A stretch of DNA of 64,000 bases from an uncultured Gemmatimonadales bacterium (GTDB lineage: Bacteria > Gemmatimonadota > Gemmatimonadetes > Longimicrobiales > RSA9): NCBI GenBank assembly GCA_963708135.1, contig OY970192.1, positions 5,184,001-5,248,000 on the forward strand. The letters run 5' to 3'. Under the pieces are notes generated by a model. The model was not told the origin of the DNA, did not search any database, and saw only the letters and a program-made list of their open reading frames with translations. Position 1 is the stretch's first letter, and each line of letters starts with the position of its first letter. Shown here in pieces: positions 33,545 through 42,642 of this stretch. The translations under genes were made by a program, and so were the position numbers.

Positions 33545-33765
33545 CGCTCCGGCGTTGGAAGGTCTCACCGATCGCTCACTGAAAGGCGCTCTCGGCTTCA
33601 GGTGCCGTGGCGCTACACCCTGTGGTCGGTTGGGGCCTTCCACGCCGGGCAGGGGAGCGGGTCTCATGCGGGCCGTCGAGCGGCAAGCGACGCTGGCTCT
33701 CCCTACCCGGACGCCGAAGCACTTCTCTTGAGCGGCGCGAATCTACGCCCCGCTGAGGGTAAGGT
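33545..33765 (-). ncRNA. Putative IS110 bridge RNA (target- and donor-binding loops); ends approximate
   Basis: Two stem/internal-loop domains carrying CACAGGGTGT (left donor), CAGTGAG (reverse complement of right donor) and CATGAG (reverse complement of right target). Confidence 0.82.
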
Positions 33766-33771
33766 GCACCA

Positions 33772-35568
33772 GTGAGCGCGCACCCTTCCCGACCCGAAGG
33801 TCCGTCCTCCTTCTCCGCTTCCCTGTCCGGCGTGGAGCCGACGGCGCCCGTGGCCGGCGCGGCGGCCGGCGCGGCGCTGCCGCCGGCGCGCCTCGACCGG
33901 CGCCGCTTCATGGCCTACTTCTCGGCGGCCGGTCTCGGGGGGACGCTCTTCCCCGGCGTGCTGTGGGGGAAGGCGCAGGGACGGGAGGTGACGAAGGAGA
34001 TGGTGAAGGATGCCGAGGCGATCGCGGACCTCGACCTCACCGATGAAGAGATCGAGATGATGCTGGACGGGTTGAACCGGAACCGGCAGGCCTATGACGC
34101 CATCCACGCGGTGACGCTGGCGAACGCGGTGGCGCCGGCGGTCCACTTCGACGTCCGACCCCCCGGGACGGAGGTGGCGACGGGCCCCGACGTGGTGCGG
34201 CCGGCGGCGCCGGGGAAGCTGCGCCGCCCGGCGAACCTCGAGGAGGTGGCGTTCTGGCCGGTGACGCACCTGGCGGAACTGGTGCGGACGAAGCAGGTCA
34301 CCTCGACCGAGCTGACGAAGATGTACCTGGGCCGGCTGAAGAAGCATGGGGACCGGCTCCAGGCCGTGATCACGCTGACGGAGGAGCGGGCGCTCCGGCA
34401 GGCGGCGCAGGCGGACGCGGAGATCGCGAAGGGACGCTACCGCGGCCCGCTGCACGGCATCCCCTGGGGCGGCAAGGACCTGCTGGACGTGAAGGGGTAC
34501 CGGACCACCTACGGCGCCAAGCCCTACGAGAACCAGACGCTCGACGACGACGCCACGGTGGTGCAGCGGCTCGACGCCGCGGGCGCCGTGCTGGTGGCCA
34601 AGCTCACGCTGGGCGCCCTCGCCATGGGCGACGTCTGGTTCGGCGGCAAGACTCGCAACCCCTGGGATCTCGAGCAGGGCTCGAGCGGCTCCTCCGCCGG
34701 GCCGGCGGCGGCCACGGTGGCCGGGCTCGTCGGCTTCAGCATCGGGACGGAGACGCTCGGCTCGATCGTCTCGCCGTCCACGCGCTGCGGCGCCTCGGGG
34801 TTGCGCCCGACCTTCGGCCGGGTGCCGCGCACGGGCGCCATGGCGCTCTCCTGGAGCATGGACAAGATCGGCCCGATCTGCCGCGCCGCCGAGGACTGCG
34901 CGCTGGTGCTGCGCGCGATCAAGGGGCCGGACGGGCAGGACCTCACGGTCTACGACGCGCCGCTCCGCTACGACGCCTCCGTCAAGCCGGCCGACCTGCG
35001 GATCGGCTACTACAAGAGCGCCTTCGAGGGCGACTACCCGAACCGGGAGTTCGACCAGAAGGCGCTGGACGTGCTGCGGGACCTGGGCGCCCGCCTCATC
35101 CCCTTCGAGCTGCCGACGACGTACCCGCTCGGCGCGCTGCGCATCATCCTGAACGCCGAGGCCGCCGCCGCCTTCGACGAGCTCACCCGCAGCGGCCGCG
35201 ATGACCTGCTGGTCAGCCAGGACAAGAACTCGTGGCCGAACTCGTTCCGCACCGCGCGCTTCATCCCGGCGGTCGAGTACCTGGAGGCGAACCGGATCCG
35301 CACGCTCATCATGAAGGAGCTGCACGAGGCGATGGACCCGATCGACGTCTTCGTCTCGCCGTCGTTCCGCGGCAGCACGCTGCTCATGACCAACCTGACG
35401 GGGCAGCCCACGGCCGTGGTGCCCAGCGGCTTCACGGACAAGGGGACGCCCGTCAGCATCTCGTTCGTCGGCAAGCTGTGGGGGGAGGGCGCCGCAGTCG
35501 AGCTGGCGCGGGCCTACCAGGCGGCGACGGACTTCAACACGAGGGTGCCGCCGCTGTTCGCCGTGTGA
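33772..35568 (+). CDS. Tat-exported amidase-signature enzyme; native ATG replaced by IS-derived GTG
   Basis: LDRRRFMAYF twin-arginine motif; GPLHGIPWGGKD, GSSGSSAG, GTETLGSIVSPS. Confidence 0.92.
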   Translation: MSAHPSRPEGPSSFSASLSGVEPTAPVAGAAAGAALPPARLDRRRFMAYFSAAGLGGTLFPGVLWGKAQGREVTKEMVKDAEAIADLDLTDEEIEMMLDGLNRNRQAYDAIHAVTLANAVAPAVHFDVRPPGTEVATGPDVVRPAAPGKLRRPANLEEVAFWPVTHLAELVRTKQVTSTELTKMYLGRLKKHGDRLQAVITLTEERALRQAAQADAEIAKGRYRGPLHGIPWGGKDLLDVKGYRTTYGAKPYENQTLDDDATVVQRLDAAGAVLVAKLTLGALAMGDVWFGGKTRNPWDLEQGSSGSSAGPAAATVAGLVGFSIGTETLGSIVSPSTRCGASGLRPTFGRVPRTGAMALSWSMDKIGPICRAAEDCALVLRAIKGPDGQDLTVYDAPLRYDASVKPADLRIGYYKSAFEGDYPNREFDQKALDVLRDLGARLIPFELPTTYPLGALRIILNAEAAAAFDELTRSGRDDLLVSQDKNSWPNSFRTARFIPAVEYLEANRIRTLIMKELHEAMDPIDVFVSPSFRGSTLLMTNLTGQPTAVVPSGFTDKGTPVSISFVGKLWGEGAAVELARAYQAATDFNTRVPPLFAV

Positions 35569-35665
35569 CGCGCGCCCGGCCGCGGCCGGCGCGCGGCACA
35601 CAACGTGCCCGGGAGCGTTGCGCGGGCTGGAAAAACGGGGCCGCGTCGATCAGGACAGTCGCATC

Positions 35666-37630
35666 ATGGACATCGTAGCCACAGCGCCGGTGGACGAGAC
35701 CGGGCGCCGCGCGGTCGAGCGGCTGCCCCGGGATCTCGTCATCCCGATCCTCGCCTTCCTGCTGCTCTCGCTCATCGCCCTGGTGGTCGTCCCGTTGCTC
35801 AGCCAGCGGCGCATCGACGACGCCCGCGCCATGCTCGGCTCCGTGGGCGACCCCGCATCGGCGCTCATCCACGAGGTGAACTCGATGACCGCCGTCGAGA
35901 TGGCGGCGCTGAACGGCTACCTGCTCACCGGCGACGCGCACTACCTCGGCCGCTACCGCGCCGCCCTGGACCGGGAGCGCACCCTCTACGGCCGCCTCGC
36001 CCCCCTGGTCGCGCGGCTCTCGCCCGATCTGGCCGGCAACTACTACGAGCTGCGCGCGGCCAAGGCGCGCTGGCTGGCGGCGACCGAGGACGTCGTGACC
36101 GGGCGCATCACGCCCGCGGCGTTCCGCTCCCGCGTCCCGGCCATGCAGAGCCTCTACGAGCAGGCGCTCTTCGCGGGCAACCGCCTGGCCGCGGACATCC
36201 GCCACGACCAGGAGCGGCGGCGCATCGAGCTGAGCACACGCCAGACGGACAGCAACCGGACGGAGATCGCGCTCGTGCTGGTCGCGCTCGCCGCCGCCTT
36301 CGCTGTCTCCTGGCTCGTCTACCGGCTGCGCCAGCTCGCGCTCGGACAGCAGCGTCTCGCCGAACAGCTGGCGCGGCGCGCGCGCGACGAGGCCCGGCTG
36401 CGCGAGCTGGCCCGCTCGCTGACCGGGGCGCACGACGTCCGGGAGGTGCTCCGCCGCATCAGCGAGAGCGCGCTCGAGGGCACCGGCGCCCAGAGCGCGT
36501 ACGTCGAGCAGCTCGATGCCGCCTCGGCGCAGGTCGTCGTGGCCGCCTCCGCGGGCGGGCAGGCGCCGCCGCTCGAGACCCGCGTTCCCTACCCGGGCTC
36601 CGTCGCGGAGGAGGCGGTGCTCTCCGGCGACGTGGTCATGGTCCCCGACGTCGGCGCGGATGCCCGGCCCATGTCGCGGCTGCTGCGCTCGGCGTGTGGG
36701 GACTGCATGCAGCTCGTCGTCCCGCTCGTCTCCGATGGCGCCGCCCTCGGCGCGCTGGGGCTCTTGCGGACGCGGCAGGGACCCGCCTTCGGCGCGGAGC
36801 AGATCGCGCGGGCGCGGGTGCTCGCGGATCTCGCCTCGCTGGCGCTGCGCCGCGTCGCGCTGCTGGAGGAGGCCGACCGGCGGCGCGCGGACGCGGAGCA
36901 CCTGTTGGAGAGCAAGTTCCGGCTGGTGCGCGGCCTCGGCCACGACCTGAAGAACCCGCTCGGCGCGGCGGAGGGGTACGCGCAGCTGCTGGAGACGGGG
37001 ATCCACGGGCAGCTCACGGGGAAGCAGCGCGAGTACCTCGGGCTGACCCGGCGCTCGCTGCGGGCCGCGCTGGACCTGATCAACGACATGCTCGAGCTCT
37101 CTCGCGCGGAGGCGGGGCGGCTGCGCGTGGCGGCCCGCGCCTGCGACGTCGCCGTGCTGGCCGAGGAGATCGCCGCCGAGCACCGCGGCACCGCGGAGCG
37201 GGCCGGCCTCGTCCTCGAGGCGAAGCTCTGCCGGCCGCTGCCGCCCGTGCAGACGGATCCGGCGCGGGTGCGGCAGATCCTGGGGAACCTGATCGGCAAC
37301 GCGATCAAGTATACGCCGGAAGGAGGACGGGTCACGGTGCTGGCGGCGGCGCGCGCGCGCCTGGACGTACCCGGCGTCGCCCTGGATGTGGTCGACACCG
37401 GCTACGGCATCCCGCACGACGAGCTCGACCACATCTTCGAGGAGTTCCACCGGCTGGAGCTCAGCGACGAGATCGACCGCGGCGCGGGGCTCGGGCTGGC
37501 CGTGAGCCGCCGCATCGCGCGCATCCTGGGCGGCGAGCTCACCGTGACCAGCCACTACGGCGACGGCGCGACCTTCACTCTCTGGCTGCCCGCCACGGCC
37601 ATCACAGCCGGAACAGATAGCTCAGCTTGA
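35666..37630 (+). CDS. Sensor histidine kinase (CHASE3-like periplasmic, GAF, HisKA, HATPase)
   Basis: Two TM segments, GHDLKNPL, NLIGNAIKYT, DTGYGI, GAGLGL. Confidence 0.9.
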   Translation: MDIVATAPVDETGRRAVERLPRDLVIPILAFLLLSLIALVVVPLLSQRRIDDARAMLGSVGDPASALIHEVNSMTAVEMAALNGYLLTGDAHYLGRYRAALDRERTLYGRLAPLVARLSPDLAGNYYELRAAKARWLAATEDVVTGRITPAAFRSRVPAMQSLYEQALFAGNRLAADIRHDQERRRIELSTRQTDSNRTEIALVLVALAAAFAVSWLVYRLRQLALGQQRLAEQLARRARDEARLRELARSLTGAHDVREVLRRISESALEGTGAQSAYVEQLDAASAQVVVAASAGGQAPPLETRVPYPGSVAEEAVLSGDVVMVPDVGADARPMSRLLRSACGDCMQLVVPLVSDGAALGALGLLRTRQGPAFGAEQIARARVLADLASLALRRVALLEEADRRRADAEHLLESKFRLVRGLGHDLKNPLGAAEGYAQLLETGIHGQLTGKQREYLGLTRRSLRAALDLINDMLELSRAEAGRLRVAARACDVAVLAEEIAAEHRGTAERAGLVLEAKLCRPLPPVQTDPARVRQILGNLIGNAIKYTPEGGRVTVLAAARARLDVPGVALDVVDTGYGIPHDELDHIFEEFHRLELSDEIDRGAGLGLAVSRRIARILGGELTVTSHYGDGATFTLWLPATAITAGTDSSA

Positions 37631-39971
37631 AGAAGAAGCCGTCCTCCGTTCGCTGGAGCCCCCGCAGCGTGTAGGCATCCGCCGCGAGCGAGCCGCCGTA
37701 CCCCGCGAAGATCACGGTGCCCGGGTTGGGCTGATAGGAGAAGAGCCAGTCGGCGCGGAAGCCGTTGGCGCTCTCGATCGTGGTGGGCGCGAAGACGCCC
37801 GGCGCGATGCGGAGCAGGATCGGGCCGCCCGTGCCGGCCTCGTCGCGGAGCGCGTCGCGCCAGGTGGAGGTGTACTGCCCGACGAAGCGGAAGAAGATCG
37901 GCCGGGAGAGCTGGTACTCGACCTTGAGGCGCGGGATCCGCTGCAGCAGCACCGTCGTGAAGTCGGAGGGCCGGATGACGCGCCGGTGCAGGTAGCTGGT
38001 GCTGACGCGCAGCCGGTCGGAGGGGCGCAGGTCGAGGCTGCCGTTGGCGTTCAGCACGTAGCCCTGCGCCCACTCGTCGAAGTCTGTGTCGCGCGACCCG
38101 GTGAGGGAGAGGCTCGCGGCGAAGGTATGGAACTGCGGCGTCGAGACGCTGCCGCCGAGGCCCAGGTCGGTGAGGCGGTTGCGCCCGACGAAAGGCACCG
38201 TGTCCGTGCCGGCCGCGGCCCCCGGCACGGCCACGTAGTAGTCCTCGTAGAACGTGGGCGGGAAGCGGAGCGACTGGACGGAGGCGTTCAGGCCGAGCTT
38301 CCAGCCGCCGCGCAGCGTGAAGCTGTTGCTGGCCGTGGTGCCGAAGTCGTTCGGCACGCGCCCGTCGAAGAACAGCGGGTAGTCCCAGCGTCCGGAGGTG
38401 TGGAAGAAGACCGTGTAGTTTTCCAGCAGCGCGCCCCGCCCGCCATAGTAGCTGTAGCGGTTCATGACCGTGGCGTTGACCACCCCGGTGCGCGTGAGGA
38501 ACCCCGCCCCCGCGTCGAAGGCCGAGTCCACCCCCTGGAGCGAGTAGTGGAAGCCGAAGCTGCGGCCGGTGCGGTCCACCACCGCCTCCCACAGCGGCGC
38601 GGTCGTGGTGGCGCCGGCCGAGCGCGTGAAGCTGCCGGCCGCCTGCGCCTCGAAGAAGTAGAGCTTGCCGAAGACGATGCGCGTGTCCAGCTCCGCCACC
38701 CGGTTGTAGTCGGCGCCGGCCACGCGATCCGTGTACGCCAGCCCCGCCGTGGACTGCGCGCCCAGGTCCCGCCGCAGCCGGAGGATGTTGTAGACGGGGT
38801 GGGTGCTGCCGTCGCCGTTCGGGTCGTCCACGGCCGAGAGCAGGCCCACGTCCGTGCCCCCCACCTTCCCCGTCAGCTTGGCCGCCGTGAGCGGGTTCAC
38901 GATCCGGCGGGTGTAGATCAGCGTGTTCGGGGTCTGGAACTGCTCGATGCCCTCGAGGAAGAACGGTCGCTTCTCGGGGAAGAAGAGCGCATCGCGCGGA
39001 TCCGTGACGATCTGCCCGGCGTCTGCCTCGACCTGCGAGAAGTCGGGGTTGACGGTCCCGGTGAGCGCCAGGTTGGGCGTCACGCCCCAGCGCACGTTGC
39101 CGCCGGGCTGGAGCCGGCCCGGCGTGTATTCCCAGCCTGCCGCGCCGGCGGGCGCGCCGCCCGGCGGGATCGGCGGGCTCTCGGCCGGGGCGCCGGTCAC
39201 GCGCTCCGTCACCACGGGGTTCACGTCCAGCACCAGCCCCCGCCTGAGGTCCGTCAGCCCCTCCAGCTTGCCGCTCTGCGCGAGGAACGACGCGGAGGCC
39301 TTCCTGGCGGGGGTCCACGTCTCCTGGTAGCCCGAGTGCTGCACGTTGCGGATGATGTTCAGCCCCCACGTCTGCACGTGGCCGGACTGGAACCGCAGGC
39401 TCTTGAACGGAATGCGGATCTCCACCTCGAACCCCCACGGCTCCACGTGCCCCTTGGAGTCGTAGATGAAGTCCGGGTTCAGGTCCGTGCCGCTGAAGTC
39501 CTGGTTCTGCCCCGGCCCGCCCGGGTTGCCGCCCTCGCTGCGGATCCCGTCCGACTGCACGCCCAGCGGGTTGACGCCGAAGACCAGCGCCCGCCGCCCC
39601 GCGTCGAAGGTGTCCAGCAGGAGCTGGAGGTTGTCGTCGCCATCGATCCGGTCGCGGTCCGCGAGCGTGGCGTGCACGGCGCCGTGCGGCTCGAACGCGC
39701 GGATCCCGAAGTAGATGGCGTGCGCATCGTACCAGACCAGCACCGCCGTCGAGTCCGGCGCCGGCTGGCCGTCCACCGGCTGGTACTCCGAGAAGCCGGT
39801 GAGCACCGCCGCCTGCTTCCAGACGGCCTCGCTCAGGCTGCCGTCCACGGTGATGTCCGCCTCGAGGCGGGGCGCCTGTACGACGATCTCCCCCGCGCGG
39901 CCGTTGTAGACGCGCGGGGCCGGCGCCTGCGGCGTCGCGAGCTGGAGGGCGCACAGCAGCTTGAGCAGCAT
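37602..39971 (-). CDS. DUF5916 / CBM9-like outer-membrane protein
   Basis: ITVDGSLSEAVW, VEIRIPFKSLRF, NPDFSQVEAD, FFPEKRPFFLEG, FFFKLSYLFRL barrel end. Confidence 0.88.
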   Translation of the reverse strand: MLLKLLCALQLATPQAPAPRVYNGRAGEIVVQAPRLEADITVDGSLSEAVWKQAAVLTGFSEYQPVDGQPAPDSTAVLVWYDAHAIYFGIRAFEPHGAVHATLADRDRIDGDDNLQLLLDTFDAGRRALVFGVNPLGVQSDGIRSEGGNPGGPGQNQDFSGTDLNPDFIYDSKGHVEPWGFEVEIRIPFKSLRFQSGHVQTWGLNIIRNVQHSGYQETWTPARKASASFLAQSGKLEGLTDLRRGLVLDVNPVVTERVTGAPAESPPIPPGGAPAGAAGWEYTPGRLQPGGNVRWGVTPNLALTGTVNPDFSQVEADAGQIVTDPRDALFFPEKRPFFLEGIEQFQTPNTLIYTRRIVNPLTAAKLTGKVGGTDVGLLSAVDDPNGDGSTHPVYNILRLRRDLGAQSTAGLAYTDRVAGADYNRVAELDTRIVFGKLYFFEAQAAGSFTRSAGATTTAPLWEAVVDRTGRSFGFHYSLQGVDSAFDAGAGFLTRTGVVNATVMNRYSYYGGRGALLENYTVFFHTSGRWDYPLFFDGRVPNDFGTTASNSFTLRGGWKLGLNASVQSLRFPPTFYEDYYVAVPGAAAGTDTVPFVGRNRLTDLGLGGSVSTPQFHTFAASLSLTGSRDTDFDEWAQGYVLNANGSLDLRPSDRLRVSTSYLHRRVIRPSDFTTVLLQRIPRLKVEYQLSRPIFFRFVGQYTSTWRDALRDEAGTGGPILLRIAPGVFAPTTIESANGFRADWLFSYQPNPGTVIFAGYGGSLAADAYTLRGLQRTEDGFFFKLSYLFRL

Positions 39972-40261
39972 CGATCTATTTCGAGTCTGGCCGGAGTCTC
40001 GGGAGCGTGCCCGGGGCACGGATTCTTCCGCCGAAGTGTAATGCCGCCGCCCCCCGAGCGCGACCCGGCACGCTCGCGGTGGCGCGCGGGCCATCCGCCG
40101 CCCGCGGAACGGGCCCGGGCCGGTGCCCCCGGGGCGCCCAGGTCCGGGGGCGGGTTGACAACGGCCGTGCCGCGACCTAGCTGCAGTTCTGCCCCGCGCG
40201 TGCCGGGTCGTCCGGGGCGGGGAGCGGGCGGGCGGCGGACCCAGGAACGGGAGGGCATGGT

Positions 40262-40771
40262 ATGGCGTGGGCGTTGCTCGCCGGCGGTGTCGTGGTGCTG
40301 CTCGTGCTCGTCGCGGCCGTGGGCGCGCTCCTGCCGCGCGGCCACAGTGCGTCCCTGTCCGCCCACTACGCCGTGCCGCCCGAGACCCTCTGGACCGTGC
40401 TGACCGACGTCGAGTCCTACCCGTCCTGGCGGCCGCGCGTGCGCCGGGTCGAGCTGCTGGCCCCCGCCCATGCGCACCTCCGCTGGCGCGAGCACGCGCG
40501 GGGCGGGTCCGTCACCCTCGAGGCGATCGTCGCCGAACGGCCCCGCCGGCTGGTCATCCGCGTGGCCGACCTCGATCTACCGTTCGGCGGCAGCCGGAGC
40601 TACGAGATCGCGCCCGAGGGCGAGGGCAGCGTCCTGACCGTGCGCGAGACGGGCGAGGTCTACCATCCCGTGGTACGCTTCCTCTCGCGCCTCGTCTGGG
40701 GCCGCCACGCGCGCGTCCGGCGGCTGCACGCCGCGCTGCGCCGCCACCTGGCCGGCCGCCGGGGCGCCTAG
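40262..40771 (+). CDS. SRPBCC (START-like) family protein with N-terminal TM
   Basis: PPETLWTVLTDVESYPSWRP, LPFGGSRSYEI, LTVRETGEV. Confidence 0.82.
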   Translation: MAWALLAGGVVVLLVLVAAVGALLPRGHSASLSAHYAVPPETLWTVLTDVESYPSWRPRVRRVELLAPAHAHLRWREHARGGSVTLEAIVAERPRRLVIRVADLDLPFGGSRSYEIAPEGEGSVLTVRETGEVYHPVVRFLSRLVWGRHARVRRLHAALRRHLAGRRGA

Positions 40772-41024
40772 GGTCTACGGTCCACGGGACCGTCCGGCCC
40801 GCCTCGTGCAGGGCGCGCGGCGGCGGGTGAGCGTCGCCGCGGCCGGCGGAGGCCGCCGCCCGTTGCGTGTTTCGCCGGCAAATGCTTTCTTTGAGGGTGC
40901 CGCCCGTGTGCGCGGTCGGCCGTCGAATGGCCGGAACGCGCGGGCGCATCCGCGCGTACAAGCAGAGGGTGGCCCGCCGGAGCAGGCTCGCGCCCGAACG
41001 AATCCCCAGCACAACGGACTGTCC

Positions 41025-42623
41025 ATGCGCAAGCTCCACAAAGCCGCCCTCGCGGCCGTTCTCGTCCTGACCTTCGTGGCCGGCGGCTTCGTGTTCCCGT
41101 CTGCGCGCGATGTGGCCGGGCCACAGCTCTTCAAGCAGGTGTTCAACCTGGTCTCGAACCGCTACGTGGACAGCCTGGACACCTCGGCCATCTACGAGAA
41201 GGCGGCGCGCGGGCTCGTGGACGAGCTCAAGGACCCCTACGCCGCCCTCTACGACCCGGACCAGCTCAAGGAGTTCGCCACGATGACGGAGGGGCACTAT
41301 GCCGGCGTCGGCATGCTGGTCGAGGACCAGCAGGGCACCGTCGTGGTGAGCCGGGTCTTCCCGCACACGCCCGCCGAGGAGGCGGGGATCCTGCAGGGCG
41401 ACCGCATCGTGGGCGTGGACGGGAAGTCCACGGCCGGCTGGTCGCTTACCAGAGTGACGAACAACCTCAAGGGCGCCCCGGGCTCGAAGGTCTCCGCCAG
41501 CTTCTCGCGCCCCGGCGTGGAAACGCCGATCGTCGCCCACTTCACGCGCGCCATCATCCACATCCCGGCCGTGCCGTACGCCACCCTCGTCAGCGGCGAC
41601 ATCGGCTACATCCCGATCCTGCAGATCAACGAGACGGCCGCGCAGGAGACGCGTGACGCGGTCGAGAAGCTCGAGAGCGAGGGCGCGAAGTCGATCATCC
41701 TCGACATGCGCGGCAACGGCGGCGGCATCGTCACGCAGGCGATCGACATCGCCAACCTGTTCCTGCCGCAGGGCTCGCTCGTGGCCACGCAGAAGGAGCG
41801 CGGCGGCGACGACATGGACTACACAGCCGACCGGCCGCCGGTCGCGCTGGCGCTGCCGCTCGTCGTGCTGCAGGACGGGCAGTCCGCCTCGGCCACGGAG
41901 ATCATCACGGGCGCGCTGCAGGACCACGACCGGGCGCTCGTCGTCGGCACGCGCTCCTTCGGCAAGGGCCTCGTCCAGAGCGTCTATCAGCTCGACGGCG
42001 GCTACGCGCTCAAGATGACCACGGGCAAGTGGTATACGCCGAGCGGACGGACCATCCACCGCGACCGCAAGCTCGTCAACGGCCATCTCGTGCTCGAGGA
42101 CACCATGAGCGCGGACTCGGCCGGCGCGGACGACCAGAGCACCGAGGGGCGCCCCGTCTACCACTCCGATGACGGCCGCGTCCTCTACGGCGGCGGCGGC
42201 ATCACGCCGGATGTCGTCGTGAAGCCCGACACGCTGAGCGGCGCCGAGCAGAAGCTGGTCAAGGAGATGATCCCGCACTCGCAGGACGTCTACCTCACGC
42301 TCTACAAGTACGCCTTCCAGCTCAAGTCGCAGGTGAAGCCCGGCTTCAGCGTGGGCCCCCAGTGGCGCGAGGAGTTCTACCGTCGCCTCGACGCCGCCGG
42401 CGTCAAGCTCGACCGCGGCGACTACGACGCCGCGCACGACTACGTCGATCGCATCCTCGAGGACAAGGTTGCCACGCTGGCCTTCGGCGATGCCGTCGCC
42501 AAGCGGCAGGAGCTCGACGAGGACGCCCAGCTCGACAAGGCCGTCCAGCTGCTCCGCCAGGCGACGACGCAGAAGGCGCTCTTCGCCTCCGCTTCCGCCG
42601 CCCATCCGGGCACCCGCAACTGA
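41025..42623 (+). CDS. S41 C-terminal processing peptidase (CtpA/Prc-like)
   Basis: PDZ domain, ILDMRGNGGG, SASATEI, SFGKG, WYTPSGRTI, GGITPD. Confidence 0.94.
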   Translation: MRKLHKAALAAVLVLTFVAGGFVFPSARDVAGPQLFKQVFNLVSNRYVDSLDTSAIYEKAARGLVDELKDPYAALYDPDQLKEFATMTEGHYAGVGMLVEDQQGTVVVSRVFPHTPAEEAGILQGDRIVGVDGKSTAGWSLTRVTNNLKGAPGSKVSASFSRPGVETPIVAHFTRAIIHIPAVPYATLVSGDIGYIPILQINETAAQETRDAVEKLESEGAKSIILDMRGNGGGIVTQAIDIANLFLPQGSLVATQKERGGDDMDYTADRPPVALALPLVVLQDGQSASATEIITGALQDHDRALVVGTRSFGKGLVQSVYQLDGGYALKMTTGKWYTPSGRTIHRDRKLVNGHLVLEDTMSADSAGADDQSTEGRPVYHSDDGRVLYGGGGITPDVVVKPDTLSGAEQKLVKEMIPHSQDVYLTLYKYAFQLKSQVKPGFSVGPQWREEFYRRLDAAGVKLDRGDYDAAHDYVDRILEDKVATLAFGDAVAKRQELDEDAQLDKAVQLLRQATTQKALFASASAAHPGTRN

Positions 42624-42642
42624 CCGGCACCGCCGGCGCGCC

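Larger units (their letters stand above)
32238..33776 (-). mobile_element. Complete IS110-family insertion sequence
   Basis: TGAG (CTCA on element strand) at both junctions, 32238-32241 and 33773-33776; removing the element restores GAGAGCC-ATG-AGC-GCG-CAC; TTGACA at 32255-32250 near the right end; no terminal inverted repeats. Confidence 0.9.

Noticed and set aside
40155..40183. TTGACA-N17-TAGCTG sigma-70 promoter
   Set aside because: The -10 lacks the conserved final T; insufficient support
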